DNA of 64,000 nt from SAR86 cluster bacterium AG-390-O18. GTDB lineage: Bacteria; Pseudomonadota; Gammaproteobacteria; Magnimaribacterales; AG-339-G14. The DNA lies in contig QCHF01000001.1 in NCBI GenBank assembly GCA_003279605.1, positions 26,075-90,074 of the forward strand, written 5' to 3'. The notes beneath the pieces are model-generated. The model was not told the DNA's origin, made no database searches, and saw nothing but the letters and a program-made list of their open reading frames with translations. The position numbers and the translations under genes are program-made. Of this stretch, positions 9,157-19,421 are shown piece by piece. The stretch's first letter is position 1. Every line of letters begins with the position of its first letter.

Positions 9157-9884
9157 TGCCGAAAATAAAAATATTGCCTCATGCTGAAATTTGTCCTCAT
9201 GGTGCAGAATTTGAAGCAGAATCCGGAATTTCAGTCTGTGAAAATCTTCTCAATCAGGATATAGACATAGAACATGCTTGTGAACTCTCATGCGCTTGTA
9301 CTACATGTCATGTTATCTTTACTGAAGGTTTTAATTCCTTAAATGATTCTTCTGATGATGAGGAAGATCTATTAGATAAGGCCTGGGGTTTAGAGCCAAG
9401 ATCAAGATTAAGTTGTCAGACAATAGTAGAAGATGCAGACTTAGAAATACAAATTCCTAAATATACGATAAATATGGTTTCAGAAAATCACCCTAAACCC
9501 TCTAAGAAGGCAACAAAAGAAATTTCTTCAAAAGATTTTGATATTTCTAACAATGCGGCTAGTCATTTAACAGAAATGATAAAAGCTAACAATTCTTTTG
9601 GTGTTCGTATATCTTTGAAAGATTCAGGCTGTTCGGGCTTTGCTTATCAACTTGACTTAATTGATGATAAAGATGAAACCGATCTTGCTGGTCTAGTAAA
9701 TGGAGTAAATTTATTTATTCACGATAAAAGTTTTGTTTTTCTTAAAGGCACCAAACTTGATTACGTTAAAAAAAACTTAAATCAAGAACTGGTTTTTTTA
9801 AATCCAAATGTTTCAGCCGAATGTGGTTGCGGTGAAAGTTTTAATTTCGATACCGAGCTTGTAAAAGATCTATCCAATAACTAA
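9156..9884 (+). CDS. Fusion protein: [2Fe-2S] ISC ferredoxin (Fdx) at the N-terminus plus A-type carrier IscA at the C-terminus
   Basis: Residues 1-112 align with E. coli Fdx (MPKI.ILPH..CP.GA..EA.SG, IEHACE.SCACTTCH, LDKAWGLEP.SRLSCQ, IP.YTIN). Residues ~127-242 align with IscA (SGCSGFAY, FLNPNVSAECGCGESF). It is a single uninterrupted frame. Confidence 0.85.
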   Translation: MPKIKILPHAEICPHGAEFEAESGISVCENLLNQDIDIEHACELSCACTTCHVIFTEGFNSLNDSSDDEEDLLDKAWGLEPRSRLSCQTIVEDADLEIQIPKYTINMVSENHPKPSKKATKEISSKDFDISNNAASHLTEMIKANNSFGVRISLKDSGCSGFAYQLDLIDDKDETDLAGLVNGVNLFIHDKSFVFLKGTKLDYVKKNLNQELVFLNPNVSAECGCGESFNFDTELVKDLSNN

Positions 9885-9889
9885 ATACA

Positions 9890-10084
9890 ATGGATTGGTC
9901 AGACACCTATGACATCGTAGATAGTCTCTGTGAAAAATATCCTAATGAAGAGCCTGAGAGGTTGCTTTTTTTAGATCTTATGAATATGGTTACGTCTCTT
10001 GAAGGATTTTCAGGAAAGAAAGAGAACTGTAATGAAAGAATTTTAGAAGCTATTCAGGCTATTTGGATAGAGGAGAAGGATTAA
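9890..10084 (+). CDS. iscX: Fe-S assembly accessory protein IscX (YfhJ)
   Basis: A 64-aa acidic protein beginning MDWSDTYDIVDSLCEKYP, in the position after fdx as in E. coli. Confidence 0.85.
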   Translation: MDWSDTYDIVDSLCEKYPNEEPERLLFLDLMNMVTSLEGFSGKKENCNERILEAIQAIWIEEKD

Positions 10085-10491
10085 TGTCAGAAAAAACATT
10101 ATGCATAATTAAACCAGATGCAGTTGGAAATAATTTTGTAGATCAAATCAATGAGATGATTCAATCAAAAGGATTGTCTATTTTAAAAAGTAAAAAAACT
10201 AACATTTCTTCTGAAATTGCTAAACAATTTTATGCAGAGCATTCAAAAAAACCTTTCTTTAATGAACTTGTAGATTTTATAACTTCAGGACCTGTAGTTG
10301 TCCAAATACTAGAAGGAGATTCATGCATTAGAACTTATAGAAGCTTAATGGGCGCAACCAATCCGGAAGAGGCTGAGGAAGGAACCATTAGAAAAAAATT
10401 TGCCAAGTCAATTTCTAAAAATGCTGTACATGGTTCTGATTCACCAGAATCCGCAGATAGAGAAATTGAAATAATGTCTGCTTTGTTTTAG
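10084..10491 (+). CDS. ndk: Nucleoside diphosphate kinase
   Basis: Starts MSEKTLCIIKPDAVGNN and contains NAVHGSDS. I placed the start at the ATG at 10084 (TAATG overlap with iscX) rather than the upstream start at 10063 in the ORF track. Confidence 0.93.
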   Translation: MSEKTLCIIKPDAVGNNFVDQINEMIQSKGLSILKSKKTNISSEIAKQFYAEHSKKPFFNELVDFITSGPVVVQILEGDSCIRTYRSLMGATNPEEAEEGTIRKKFAKSISKNAVHGSDSPESADREIEIMSALF

Positions 10492-10500
10492 TTTAGAGCT

Positions 10501-11343
10501 ATGGAAAGCTGGAACGAACAGCTAAAGACTAAAATTCTTGAATCTGAATTTTCGGTAAAAGAAATATCAGATAAAACAAAAATTCCAACAAAATTCATCG
10601 AAGCAATTGAGAAAGCTGATTTTAAAAAACTTCCAGCTGAAATTTTTGCAAAATCTCAAATAGAGCGACTTTTTAAATTTTTGGGAATTGACCCAAGTGA
10701 AGCGCTTAAAGACTATGAAGAATTCATATCTCCGCCAGAAATATCATCTGAAGATGAAACTTCAAAGGAAAATAAGCCTTTATATCAAAACCTTTTTGAT
10801 AATTTAAATTTACCTGCTATCAAGAACTCTTATTTCAAATATGGAAGTATTTTTTTGGTAGTTATCATTTTATTGATCTTAATGTTTGCAGTTACAAACG
10901 ATGAGGAAATTGATCCATCAGAAAATGTTAAAAAAATGAACTTATTAGATTCTTTAGAAATTGAAAACCAATATTCATTTATCGCTTCATCTAAGGAAGA
11001 ATTATTTTATGAGAATGAAATTACAAATGATTTGTCTAATCAAAAAACTTTAGAAGATTTCAGTCCAAAAGACATAAAAAGAAAGATTGAAATTACAATT
11101 GAGGGAGAAAGTTGGGTAGTGGTCTTTGATAAAAATGAGAGACTTCTCTACGAATTGATGCAAACTGGAAGTTATGAGTTTTCAGGAATCTCTCCATTAA
11201 GGTTTAAAATAGGCTATGCTCCTGCAACCAATTTATATATCGACGATCAAAAGATTAGTTTTTCTAGAGCAATCAAAGGAGCAACTAATTATGCTCATTT
11301 TTGGGTAAACGAGGAAAATAAAGTTGAATCAATTAGAGATTAA
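10501..11343 (+). CDS. rodZ: Cytoskeleton/shape protein RodZ-like (HTH, one TM segment, C-terminal DUF4115-like domain)
   Basis: It has an N-terminal HTH-like region, a central TM segment ([18 protein letters not shown]) and a C-terminal beta-rich domain. Its position upstream of ispG-hisS matches E. coli. Confidence 0.7.
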   Translation: MESWNEQLKTKILESEFSVKEISDKTKIPTKFIEAIEKADFKKLPAEIFAKSQIERLFKFLGIDPSEALKDYEEFISPPEISSEDETSKENKPLYQNLFDNLNLPAIKNSYFKYGSIFLVVIILLILMFAVTNDEEIDPSENVKKMNLLDSLEIENQYSFIASSKEELFYENEITNDLSNQKTLEDFSPKDIKRKIEITIEGESWVVVFDKNERLLYELMQTGSYEFSGISPLRFKIGYAPATNLYIDDQKISFSRAIKGATNYAHFWVNEENKVESIRD

Positions 11344-12439
11344 ACGAAGAAAAAGCAGACTGATTAACGTCGGGAATGTTCCTGTGGGAGGAGACTCAGA
11401 GATTTCGGTACAGAGTATGACAAATACTCTGACAACTGATATAAAAAATACTGTAAAACAAATTAAAGCATTAGAAAAAGTTGGAGCAGATTTAATAAGA
11501 GTTTCTGTTCCAAATGAAGATTCTGCAAAAGCCTTTAGAAAAATAAAAGAGCAAACAAAGACCCCATTAATTGCTGATATCCACTTTGATTATAAGATAG
11601 CTATTCAGGCAGCAGAACAAGGAGCAGATTGTTTAAGAATAAATCCTGGAAATATTGGTAATGAAAAAAAAGTAAAAGAAGTAATTGCTTGCGCATCTCA
11701 TTATGATATACCGATAAGGATTGGAGTAAACGCTGGCTCTCTTGAAAAAAAACTGCAAAAAAAATACGGAGAACCCAATTCCGATGCCTTAGTTGAATCG
11801 GCTATGAATCATGTAAATATTTTAAAGAAACAAAATTTTGAAAATTTCAAACTCAGTATAAAAGCCTCCGATATCTACATGATGACAGAAAGCTATAGAA
11901 AAATTAGCTGCCTGATTGATCAGCCCCTTCATTTAGGTTTAACAGAAGCCGGTGGACAAAGAAGCGGAACAATTAAATCATCAATAGCAATTGGACAGCT
12001 TCTTTCAGAAGGCATAGGCGACACTATAAGAGTATCTCTAGCCTCAGATCCCTGTGAGGAAATCAAAGTTGGCTTCGATATTTTACGGTCTCTAAAATTA
12101 AGAAAAAAAGGCATCAATTTCATTGCCTGCCCAAGTTGTGCAAGACAAAATTTTGATGTCATTAAAACAATGAATGAACTTGAATCTAGACTTGAAGATG
12201 TAACTGAAAATATAGATGTTGCGGTTATTGGTTGTTATGTAAATGGACCAGGAGAATCTAAAGCTGCGGATATTGGCTTAACTGGAGCTTCACCAAACAA
12301 TCTTGTATATATAGATGGTAAGGCAGATCATAAACTCTCAAACAAAGATCTCGTTGACTCTCTTGAGAAATTAATTAGAAAGAAAGCAAAAAAAATTAAA
12401 CAATCTAAAAGTAAGCTTTCTATTAAAGAGGTCCAATAG
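11324..12439 (+). CDS. ispG: 4-hydroxy-3-methylbut-2-en-1-yl diphosphate synthase (flavodoxin)
   Basis: Contains [29 protein letters not shown] and [11 protein letters not shown] start overlaps the rodZ end. Confidence 0.95.
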   Translation: MNQLEIKRRKSRLINVGNVPVGGDSEISVQSMTNTLTTDIKNTVKQIKALEKVGADLIRVSVPNEDSAKAFRKIKEQTKTPLIADIHFDYKIAIQAAEQGADCLRINPGNIGNEKKVKEVIACASHYDIPIRIGVNAGSLEKKLQKKYGEPNSDALVESAMNHVNILKKQNFENFKLSIKASDIYMMTESYRKISCLIDQPLHLGLTEAGGQRSGTIKSSIAIGQLLSEGIGDTIRVSLASDPCEEIKVGFDILRSLKLRKKGINFIACPSCARQNFDVIKTMNELESRLEDVTENIDVAVIGCYVNGPGESKAADIGLTGASPNNLVYIDGKADHKLSNKDLVDSLEKLIRKKAKKIKQSKSKLSIKEVQ

Positions 12440-12441
12440 TC

Positions 12442-13692
12442 ATGAAAAAGATTTCAAAGTTGCGAGGAATGCAAGACACAGACCCTATTGAAACATCCAA
12501 AATTAATTTTGTAGAAAACAGCTTTGATGAAATTTCTAAAAGTTATGGCTATCAAGAGGTAAGATTCCCAATCATAGAAAGTACAGATTTATTTAAGAGA
12601 TCCGTCGGCGATCAATCTGACATAGTAAATAAAGAAATGTTTACTTTTGAAAGCAAAAGCGGTAAATCGATGACTCTTAGACCAGAAGGCACAGCTGGCT
12701 GTATGCGTATGGCTATAGAAACTGGATTACTAGATGCTGGCCAACAAAGACTGTCCTATAAAGGATCAATGTTCAGATATGAACGTCCTCAAAAAGGCCG
12801 ATCTCGAGAATTTCAACAACTAAGTCTAGAGGCCTATGGTTTTAATGATTATGCCATTGATTTAGAAATGCTTGAGATATCAAATATGTTTTTTGAAGAA
12901 CTTTCAATAAAGAAAGAAATGACTTTAGAAATTAACTCCATTGGCTCTCAAAATGATCAACAAGAATACTCTAAAAAAATAAAAGATTATTTTTTAAAAT
13001 ATAAAAAAGACCTTGATGAAGATAGCTTAAAAAGATTAGAAAAAAATCCCTTAAGAATTTTAGACTCAAAAAATCAAGATTTAGAAAATCTTATTAAAGA
13101 AGCTCCAAAGATAGATCAATCGATTTCAAAAGAATCTCAAGAAAAATTTAATTTAATAAAAAACAATTTAGCGGATTTAAAAATTGAATATCAAGAAAAT
13201 CCTCTTTTGGTTAGAGGGCTTGATTATTACAATGATTTAGTTTTTGAGTGGAAATCAAATTCAATTGGCTCACAAGATACTATTTGTGGAGGAGGCAGAT
13301 ATGATTCTTTATCTAAAATTATTGGCGGAAGAGAAACCAACGCTATTGGTTTATCAATTGGCCTTGAAAGACTGTGTTTATTGATTGAAGATTCAACATT
13401 AAACGACACAAAATCATTATTGATAGTATCTCTTGAAGACTCCTTTTTTGTGGATGGAATGAAACTGGCTTCATCTTTAAGAAAGAAATTAAAAAACCTT
13501 TCGATCCAATTTTCCGGAAAAGAAAAAAATCTAAAAACTCTCTTAAAAAAAGCAAACAAAAAAAATACTGATTTCATGGTTATAATTGGCCGAGAAGAGA
13601 TCAAAAATAATTCATATACCTTAAAAAAACTTTCAATGAATCAAGAAATGAAAATCGATAATTTTGATTCTTTATTAAAAAACCTGAAATAA
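12442..13692 (+). CDS. hisS: Histidine--tRNA ligase
   Basis: Contains LRGMQD, MTLRPEGTAGCMR, FRYERPQKGRSREFQQ and CGGGRYD. Confidence 0.95.
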   Translation: MKKISKLRGMQDTDPIETSKINFVENSFDEISKSYGYQEVRFPIIESTDLFKRSVGDQSDIVNKEMFTFESKSGKSMTLRPEGTAGCMRMAIETGLLDAGQQRLSYKGSMFRYERPQKGRSREFQQLSLEAYGFNDYAIDLEMLEISNMFFEELSIKKEMTLEINSIGSQNDQQEYSKKIKDYFLKYKKDLDEDSLKRLEKNPLRILDSKNQDLENLIKEAPKIDQSISKESQEKFNLIKNNLADLKIEYQENPLLVRGLDYYNDLVFEWKSNSIGSQDTICGGGRYDSLSKIIGGRETNAIGLSIGLERLCLLIEDSTLNDTKSLLIVSLEDSFFVDGMKLASSLRKKLKNLSIQFSGKEKNLKTLLKKANKKNTDFMVIIGREEIKNNSYTLKKLSMNQEMKIDNFDSLLKNLK

Positions 13693-13697
13693 ATTAA

Positions 13698-14321
13698 ATG
13701 AATTTTCTAAATAAAATTTATGCTTGGATTCTTAAAAATTACATTAAGGTGATTGTTTTTCTTCTTATCATAGGATTCTCCTATGGGATTTATCTTTATT
13801 TTTATTATATGGATGAAAAAAAGGATCAAGAGGCAGGAGATTTATTTCTTAATTTTTATAATTCTTATTCAGCTTCTGATTTCAATGAACAAGAATATAA
13901 AATTGTTAGTGATAAGATTTCTCAAATAGATAATGCTTCAATTTATTTGGTAATGCTTAAATCAATTTATGCAGTAGAGTCAATAGAAAGTAATGATATA
14001 CAAAAAGCTTTAACTGAACTTTCGAATGCTAGAGAAATTTTAAGTTCAAAAGGAAATGAGTTTAATTTTTTAAAGGAAATAATTGATTTAAGAATGGTAA
14101 ATATTTTTATTGATTTAGAAGATTTAGAAAGGGCTAATAATATTCTTAAAAATACCTTTACCACCTACCAAACAAACAAACTTATTCTTCAAGGAGACAT
14201 CTCAGCAATAGAAAAAAAATTTGATGAAGCCAAGCAGAAATATATTTATGCCTTAGAAAGATCTGAAAATGAAACTCAAAAAAACCTTATTAATTTAAAA
14301 ATTTCCACATTGATAGATTGA
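13698..14321 (+). CDS. yfgM: YfgM-like membrane-anchored TPR-like protein
   Basis: It has a single N-terminal TM segment and a helical repeat body. Its position between hisS and bamB matches E. coli. Confidence 0.6.
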   Translation: MNFLNKIYAWILKNYIKVIVFLLIIGFSYGIYLYFYYMDEKKDQEAGDLFLNFYNSYSASDFNEQEYKIVSDKISQIDNASIYLVMLKSIYAVESIESNDIQKALTELSNAREILSSKGNEFNFLKEIIDLRMVNIFIDLEDLERANNILKNTFTTYQTNKLILQGDISAIEKKFDEAKQKYIYALERSENETQKNLINLKISTLID

Positions 14322-15451
14322 TGAAATTTAAAAATTTACTTTATTTACTTCTATTTCTAGTTCTCATTGCTTGTGAGACAGGAACAAAAGAAGCAGAAAA
14401 ACCTAACGAATTAAAAAAACAAATTAACGAAAAGTTTTCTTTTGATAAAAGATGGTCAGTAAATGCATTTAAGTCATTACCTTTAGGAAAAATAAATATT
14501 GCCTCAGATAAAGATAGCGTTTTTATTTTCGATTCGAATGGAGTAATTAAAGCATTTTCCAATAATGGAAAAAGAATTTGGAATAAGAAACTCGATGTTG
14601 ATATTTCTACCGGAATAACCCTAGGCTTTAAGAGGCTATTGTTGAGCTCTTCGAATGGAGAGGTATTTTGCCTTTCTAAAGACTCAGGAGAAATCATTTG
14701 GCAATATTCAACTTCGGGAGAAGTTTTATCTCCACCAGCTACAAATGGAGATATTGTAGCAATACAGAATATTGATGGCAGACTAACTGCAGTTGATCTA
14801 GAAACAGGAGAATTTAGATGGGATTATAGAAGCGTTATTCCAAACCTAACCTTGAGAGGAACTTCTGAACCTTCATTTTATGAAGGTTTCTTATACATTG
14901 GTTTTGCAAATGGTAATTTGGCTAAGATTGAACCCAGATCAGGAGTAACTCAATGGGAAATACCTATAACGACATCTAAAGAAACATCAGAAATTGGAAG
15001 GATTGTTGACATAGATGGAAATTTCGTTTTTTCAAGCGGAATCGCTTTTGTTGCAACATTTCAAGGAGATGTTGCTGCATTGGACACTAGATCGGGAAGA
15101 TTTATATGGAAAGAAAAGACCTCTACCGCAAATGATTTGCTTTCTTCCAGAGGAAAAATAATTTTAATAGATGAAAAAGATCAAGTGCTTGCGTATTCTC
15201 AAAATTCTGGAAATTTGGAATGGTTCAATAAAGATTTTTTCTTGAGGGAACTTACTTCTCCAAATAGATTAAAATCCTTGATAGTTTATGGAGATTTTCA
15301 GGGCTTTCTCCATGGGTTAGATATTTCTCAGGGCGAACAAGTTGCAAGAAAAAGAGTCTCTAGATCAAAAATTGTTTCAATATCTACTAAAGATGAAAAT
15401 GTCTTAACTTTGGACTCAAAAGGAAAACTTTCACTCTTTACTTTGCAATGA
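14318..15451 (+). CDS. bamB: Outer-membrane protein assembly factor BamB (PQQ-like beta-propeller lipoprotein)
   Basis: It has the lipobox LVLIAC and repeated propeller blades (G.V.A....G...W). The yfgM-bamB-der context supports the call. Confidence 0.85.
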   Translation: MMKFKNLLYLLLFLVLIACETGTKEAEKPNELKKQINEKFSFDKRWSVNAFKSLPLGKINIASDKDSVFIFDSNGVIKAFSNNGKRIWNKKLDVDISTGITLGFKRLLLSSSNGEVFCLSKDSGEIIWQYSTSGEVLSPPATNGDIVAIQNIDGRLTAVDLETGEFRWDYRSVIPNLTLRGTSEPSFYEGFLYIGFANGNLAKIEPRSGVTQWEIPITTSKETSEIGRIVDIDGNFVFSSGIAFVATFQGDVAALDTRSGRFIWKEKTSTANDLLSSRGKIILIDEKDQVLAYSQNSGNLEWFNKDFFLRELTSPNRLKSLIVYGDFQGFLHGLDISQGEQVARKRVSRSKIVSISTKDENVLTLDSKGKLSLFTLQ

Positions 15452-15464
15452 TATTGTCCCCACC

Positions 15465-16850
15465 ATGGGACCCATAGTAGCAATAATAGGAAGGCCTAAT
15501 GTTGGTAAATCTTCGCTGTTTAATAAAATAATCGGAGAAGATAAAGCCATAATTGCTGATTTTTCAGGATTAACTAGAGATAGACTTTATGGAAATTTTT
15601 CATTTAAATCTCAAAATTTCTCAATTATCGATACAGGGGGAATTTCAGATGAAAGAGAAGAAATAAATCTTCTTATTCTTAAAGAAATAGATAAGGCCAT
15701 TGAAGAAGCTGACGGGTTTATTTTTTTAGTCGATGCCGAGTATGGCTTAAGCCAGGATGATTATAAGATCCATGAAATTCTCAGAAAATCTGGAAAAAAA
15801 TATATTCTTGCCCTCAATAAATCTGAACTTAAGACTTCAGAAAAAAACATAAATGACTTTTATCAACTTGGAGTTAAAAGTTTCATTAAAGTATCTGCTA
15901 AGAGTGGTTTGGGTATAAAAAACCTCAAAGAAGAAGTATTCAATCAATTTCATATTGAAACCATTTCTGACCTTGAAAAAGAGATTGATAGTCAAAACAT
16001 TAAGGTGAGTATTTTAGGTAAGCCCAATGCCGGAAAATCTACTTTTTTTAATTCTATAATTAAAGAAAATCGTTCCATAGTTTCAGCTAGGGCAGGTACG
16101 ACTAGAGATGCTGTTTCTAAATTAATTATTTTTAAAAATGACAAGATAGAACTTTTTGATACTGCAGGCTTAAGAAAAAAATCAAAAGTAGATAAAGCAA
16201 TAGAAATTTTTTCTGTTTCTAAAGCTATTTTGAGTATGAGATCTTCATCTGGGGTTCTTTATTTGGTTGATGGAAAAGAAAATATTACTGATCAAGATTT
16301 ACATCTTATCTCTTTAATAGTTTCTGCTGGGAAACCTTTAATTTTAGGAATCAACAAATCTGACAAACTCTCTCAGTATGACAAATCAAATTTAACTAGG
16401 TCCATTAATAAGAAATTAGCATTCATATCAGGTATATCCATTCATTATATTTCAGCAAAACAAAATAAAGGCACTGCTAAAGTATTTAAAGAGCTAATAA
16501 AACTCATAAAAAAAAGCCTTAACAAAATAGATACTTCAGAGCTGAATAATTTTATAGAAGAAGCCTCTAAGTTAAATCCTCCTCAGATGTCTGGCAGGTT
16601 TAGGCCAAAAATTAAATACGCAAATTTGCTTTCATCTCAACCTACAATTATTAGAGTTCAGGGTAACAACTTAGATAAGTTAACAAAACAATATCAAAAA
16701 TACTTGGAAAATTATTTAAGAAAAAAGATGAACTTTGACGGCATTCCTATCAAGTTGGTTTTTAAAAATAATACTAATCCTTTCGGAGATAAGAAAAACA
16801 AACTTACCAAAAAGCAATTAGCTAAGAGAAAAAGGATAGCAAGGCGCTGA
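15465..16850 (+). CDS. der: Ribosome-biogenesis GTPase Der (EngA), tandem G domains
   Basis: Two P-loops are present (GRPNVGKSSLFN, GKPNAGKSTFFN), with a KH-like C-terminus and a basic tail. Confidence 0.94.
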   Translation: MGPIVAIIGRPNVGKSSLFNKIIGEDKAIIADFSGLTRDRLYGNFSFKSQNFSIIDTGGISDEREEINLLILKEIDKAIEEADGFIFLVDAEYGLSQDDYKIHEILRKSGKKYILALNKSELKTSEKNINDFYQLGVKSFIKVSAKSGLGIKNLKEEVFNQFHIETISDLEKEIDSQNIKVSILGKPNAGKSTFFNSIIKENRSIVSARAGTTRDAVSKLIIFKNDKIELFDTAGLRKKSKVDKAIEIFSVSKAILSMRSSSGVLYLVDGKENITDQDLHLISLIVSAGKPLILGINKSDKLSQYDKSNLTRSINKKLAFISGISIHYISAKQNKGTAKVFKELIKLIKKSLNKIDTSELNNFIEEASKLNPPQMSGRFRPKIKYANLLSSQPTIIRVQGNNLDKLTKQYQKYLENYLRKKMNFDGIPIKLVFKNNTNPFGDKKNKLTKKQLAKRKRIARR

Positions 16851-16885
16851 TAAGATAGATTTTACAATATAATGAATTTTTTGAG

Positions 16886-17254
16886 ATGAATTCGCCTAGA
16901 TATTTAAATCTATTTAAAATCGCTTTACCTTTGCCAGGGATTTCTTCTATTTTGCATAGAATTTCAGCAGTTGCTATTTTTGTATTATCTCTTCCAATGA
17001 TGGGAATTTTGGTTTTTTCATTGAGTTCTAAAGCTAATTACGAAATCATTATTTTATTATTTGAAAATATTCTTTTTAAGAGCTTGTTTTCGCTTTTTAT
17101 TACGGCAATTTTTTATCATTTTGTCTCTGGCTTAAGACATTTAGTAATGGATTTTGGATATTGGGAAACTCTTAGAGCTGGTAGGGTGTCAGCTCTTGCT
17201 ACTTTTATTTCAACTGGATTATTTTTCTTTTCTTTTCTGTATTTAACATGGTAA
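16886..17254 (+). CDS. sdhC: Succinate dehydrogenase cytochrome b556 subunit
   Basis: A 3-TM protein with the SILHRISAV heme-ligand region; first gene of sdhCDAB. Confidence 0.88.
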   Translation: MNSPRYLNLFKIALPLPGISSILHRISAVAIFVLSLPMMGILVFSLSSKANYEIIILLFENILFKSLFSLFITAIFYHFVSGLRHLVMDFGYWETLRAGRVSALATFISTGLFFFSFLYLTW

Positions 17255-17610
17255 CGAAGCTATATAAATTAAAGAAAACAGGAATCTTTGATTATGTTCT
17301 TGTAAGAATCACGGCAGTAATTCAGGCAGTATATTTTTCAGTTATAACCTTCTATTGGTTAGTCAATAGAGACTTTAAATACGAACAACTATCTGGCTTT
17401 TTTGATATTCTCATCATAGAAATTTTTACGGTAATAGTTGCTATTTCAATTGCTTATCATTCAGTGCAAGGAATTTGGAACGTTGCAACGGATTATCTTA
17501 CCCAGGCGCAGATTGGTGCTTCGGCTAAACTTCTTAGACCTGCAGTTATAGGTTTTAGCTGGTTCCAAGCTCTTGGATTAATTTTTTGTAGTTTTTATAT
17601 TTTAGGTTAG
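17248..17610 (+). CDS. sdhD: Succinate dehydrogenase hydrophobic membrane anchor subunit
   Basis: A 120-aa 3-TM protein between sdhC and sdhA. Confidence 0.85.
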   Translation: MVTKLYKLKKTGIFDYVLVRITAVIQAVYFSVITFYWLVNRDFKYEQLSGFFDILIIEIFTVIVAISIAYHSVQGIWNVATDYLTQAQIGASAKLLRPAVIGFSWFQALGLIFCSFYILG

Positions 17611-17615
17611 TAATT

Positions 17616-19421
17616 ATGGCAATGAATGGAAAAGGCACTCTTTTAGATGCATCAACTTTACCCGTAAAGGAATTCGATGGAATTATCGTTGGCGGTGGCG
17701 GTTCTGGAATGATGGCTTCTCTTCAGCTCGCTAAATCGGGAATGAATACGGCTGTTGTTTCTAAAGTTTTTCCAACTCGTTCTCATACCGTTTCTGCTCA
17801 GGGCGGTATCACTTGTTCAATTCAAAGTGCAGATCCAGATGACGACTGGAGATGGCATATGTTTGATACAGTCAAAGGCTCCGATTTCATTGGAGATCAA
17901 GACTCCATAGAATACATGTGCAAAGAAGGTCCTGAAGCAATATTTGAATTGGAAAATATGGGATTGCCTTTTTCTAGAACTGAAGAAGGTAAAATTTACC
18001 AAAGAGCATTTGGAGGTCAGTCAAAAGATTATGGAAAAGGAGGTCAGGCTGAGAGAACTTGTGCTGCTGCTGATAGAACGGGCCATGCTCTTTTGCATAC
18101 ACTTTTCCAAGCAAACGTTAAAGCGGGAACTAACTTTCTTTCAGAGTGGTTCGCAGTTGATCTTGTAAAAAATCAAAATGAGCAGGTTGTTGGAGTTATT
18201 GCTTTTGAAATTGAATCGGGTGAACCATACTTTTTAAAATCTAAAGCTACTGTTTTAGCCACCGGAGGAGCAGGAAGAATATATCAAACAACTTCAAACG
18301 CCCTTATCAACACTGGTGATGGTACAGGAATGGCATTAAGAGCAGGCTTTCCAGTTCAAGATATGGAGATGTGGCAGTTTCATCCGACAGGTATTCATGG
18401 CCACGGAACCTTAGTAACTGAAGGCTGTAGAGGAGAAGGTGGTTACTTGGTGAACAAAGACGGTGAACGATTCATGGAAAGATATGCCCCTAATTATAAA
18501 GATCTAGCTAGCAGAGATGTTGTTGCAAGATCAATGTTTACTGAAATCCTTGAAGGTAGAGGCTGTGGTCCAGATGCTGATCACGTTTATTTAAAACTCG
18601 ATCATCTAGGGCCAGAAATCGTTCATAAAAGACTACCTGGAGTAACAGAATTATCGAAAAGGTTTGCTCATGTTGATCCTGCCGAACATCCTATTCCGGT
18701 TGTTCCTACATGTCATTATGCAATGGGAGGTATTCCAACAAATGTTCATGGCCAGGTTATTTCTCAAAATCCTGACGGTACGGATAAAATCATAGATGGT
18801 CTCTATGCTGCAGGAGAAGCAGCTTGTGTCTCCGTTCATGGCGGTAATCGTTTAGGAGGAAATTCTCTTTTAGACCTAATTGTTTTTGGAAGATCCGCTG
18901 GATTACACATAGAAGAAAGTTTCAAGTCTGGCATAAAAATGGATAATCCTTCACCTGACGATGTCGACTATGCTCTTAGAAATCTCAACAGAGTGAATAT
19001 CAGCCAATCTGGTGAAAACTTTGTAGAAGTTAAGAAAGACTTACAAAAAACAATGCAAATGAATTTTGGAGTATTTAGAACTGAAGAATTGATGGAAAAT
19101 GGTATTAAAGAAGTTTCCAATCTCAGAGACAAATCTTTAAATATTTATCTTGCTGACAAATCCTCTCAGTTTAATACAGCCAGAGTTGAAGCTTTGGAAC
19201 TCCTTAACCTAATCGAAGTTGCTGAAGCCACTGCAATCAGTGCAAACGAAAGAAAAGAAAGTAGAGGAGCTCACTCTAGAGAAGATTACCCAGATAGAGA
19301 TGATGAAAATTGGCTCAAGCACTCAATTTATTTTTCCGATACCAAGCAAGTATCTAAAAGAGATGTTAATTTTAGGCCTAAGCAGGTTCAAGCCTTCCAA
19401 CCAATTGTCAGGACTTATTAA
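17616..19421 (+). CDS. sdhA: Succinate dehydrogenase flavoprotein subunit
   Basis: Contains [20 protein letters not shown] (FAD-linked His) and HPTG; 601 aa. Confidence 0.97.
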   Translation: MAMNGKGTLLDASTLPVKEFDGIIVGGGGSGMMASLQLAKSGMNTAVVSKVFPTRSHTVSAQGGITCSIQSADPDDDWRWHMFDTVKGSDFIGDQDSIEYMCKEGPEAIFELENMGLPFSRTEEGKIYQRAFGGQSKDYGKGGQAERTCAAADRTGHALLHTLFQANVKAGTNFLSEWFAVDLVKNQNEQVVGVIAFEIESGEPYFLKSKATVLATGGAGRIYQTTSNALINTGDGTGMALRAGFPVQDMEMWQFHPTGIHGHGTLVTEGCRGEGGYLVNKDGERFMERYAPNYKDLASRDVVARSMFTEILEGRGCGPDADHVYLKLDHLGPEIVHKRLPGVTELSKRFAHVDPAEHPIPVVPTCHYAMGGIPTNVHGQVISQNPDGTDKIIDGLYAAGEAACVSVHGGNRLGGNSLLDLIVFGRSAGLHIEESFKSGIKMDNPSPDDVDYALRNLNRVNISQSGENFVEVKKDLQKTMQMNFGVFRTEELMENGIKEVSNLRDKSLNIYLADKSSQFNTARVEALELLNLIEVAEATAISANERKESRGAHSREDYPDRDDENWLKHSIYFSDTKQVSKRDVNFRPKQVQAFQPIVRTY

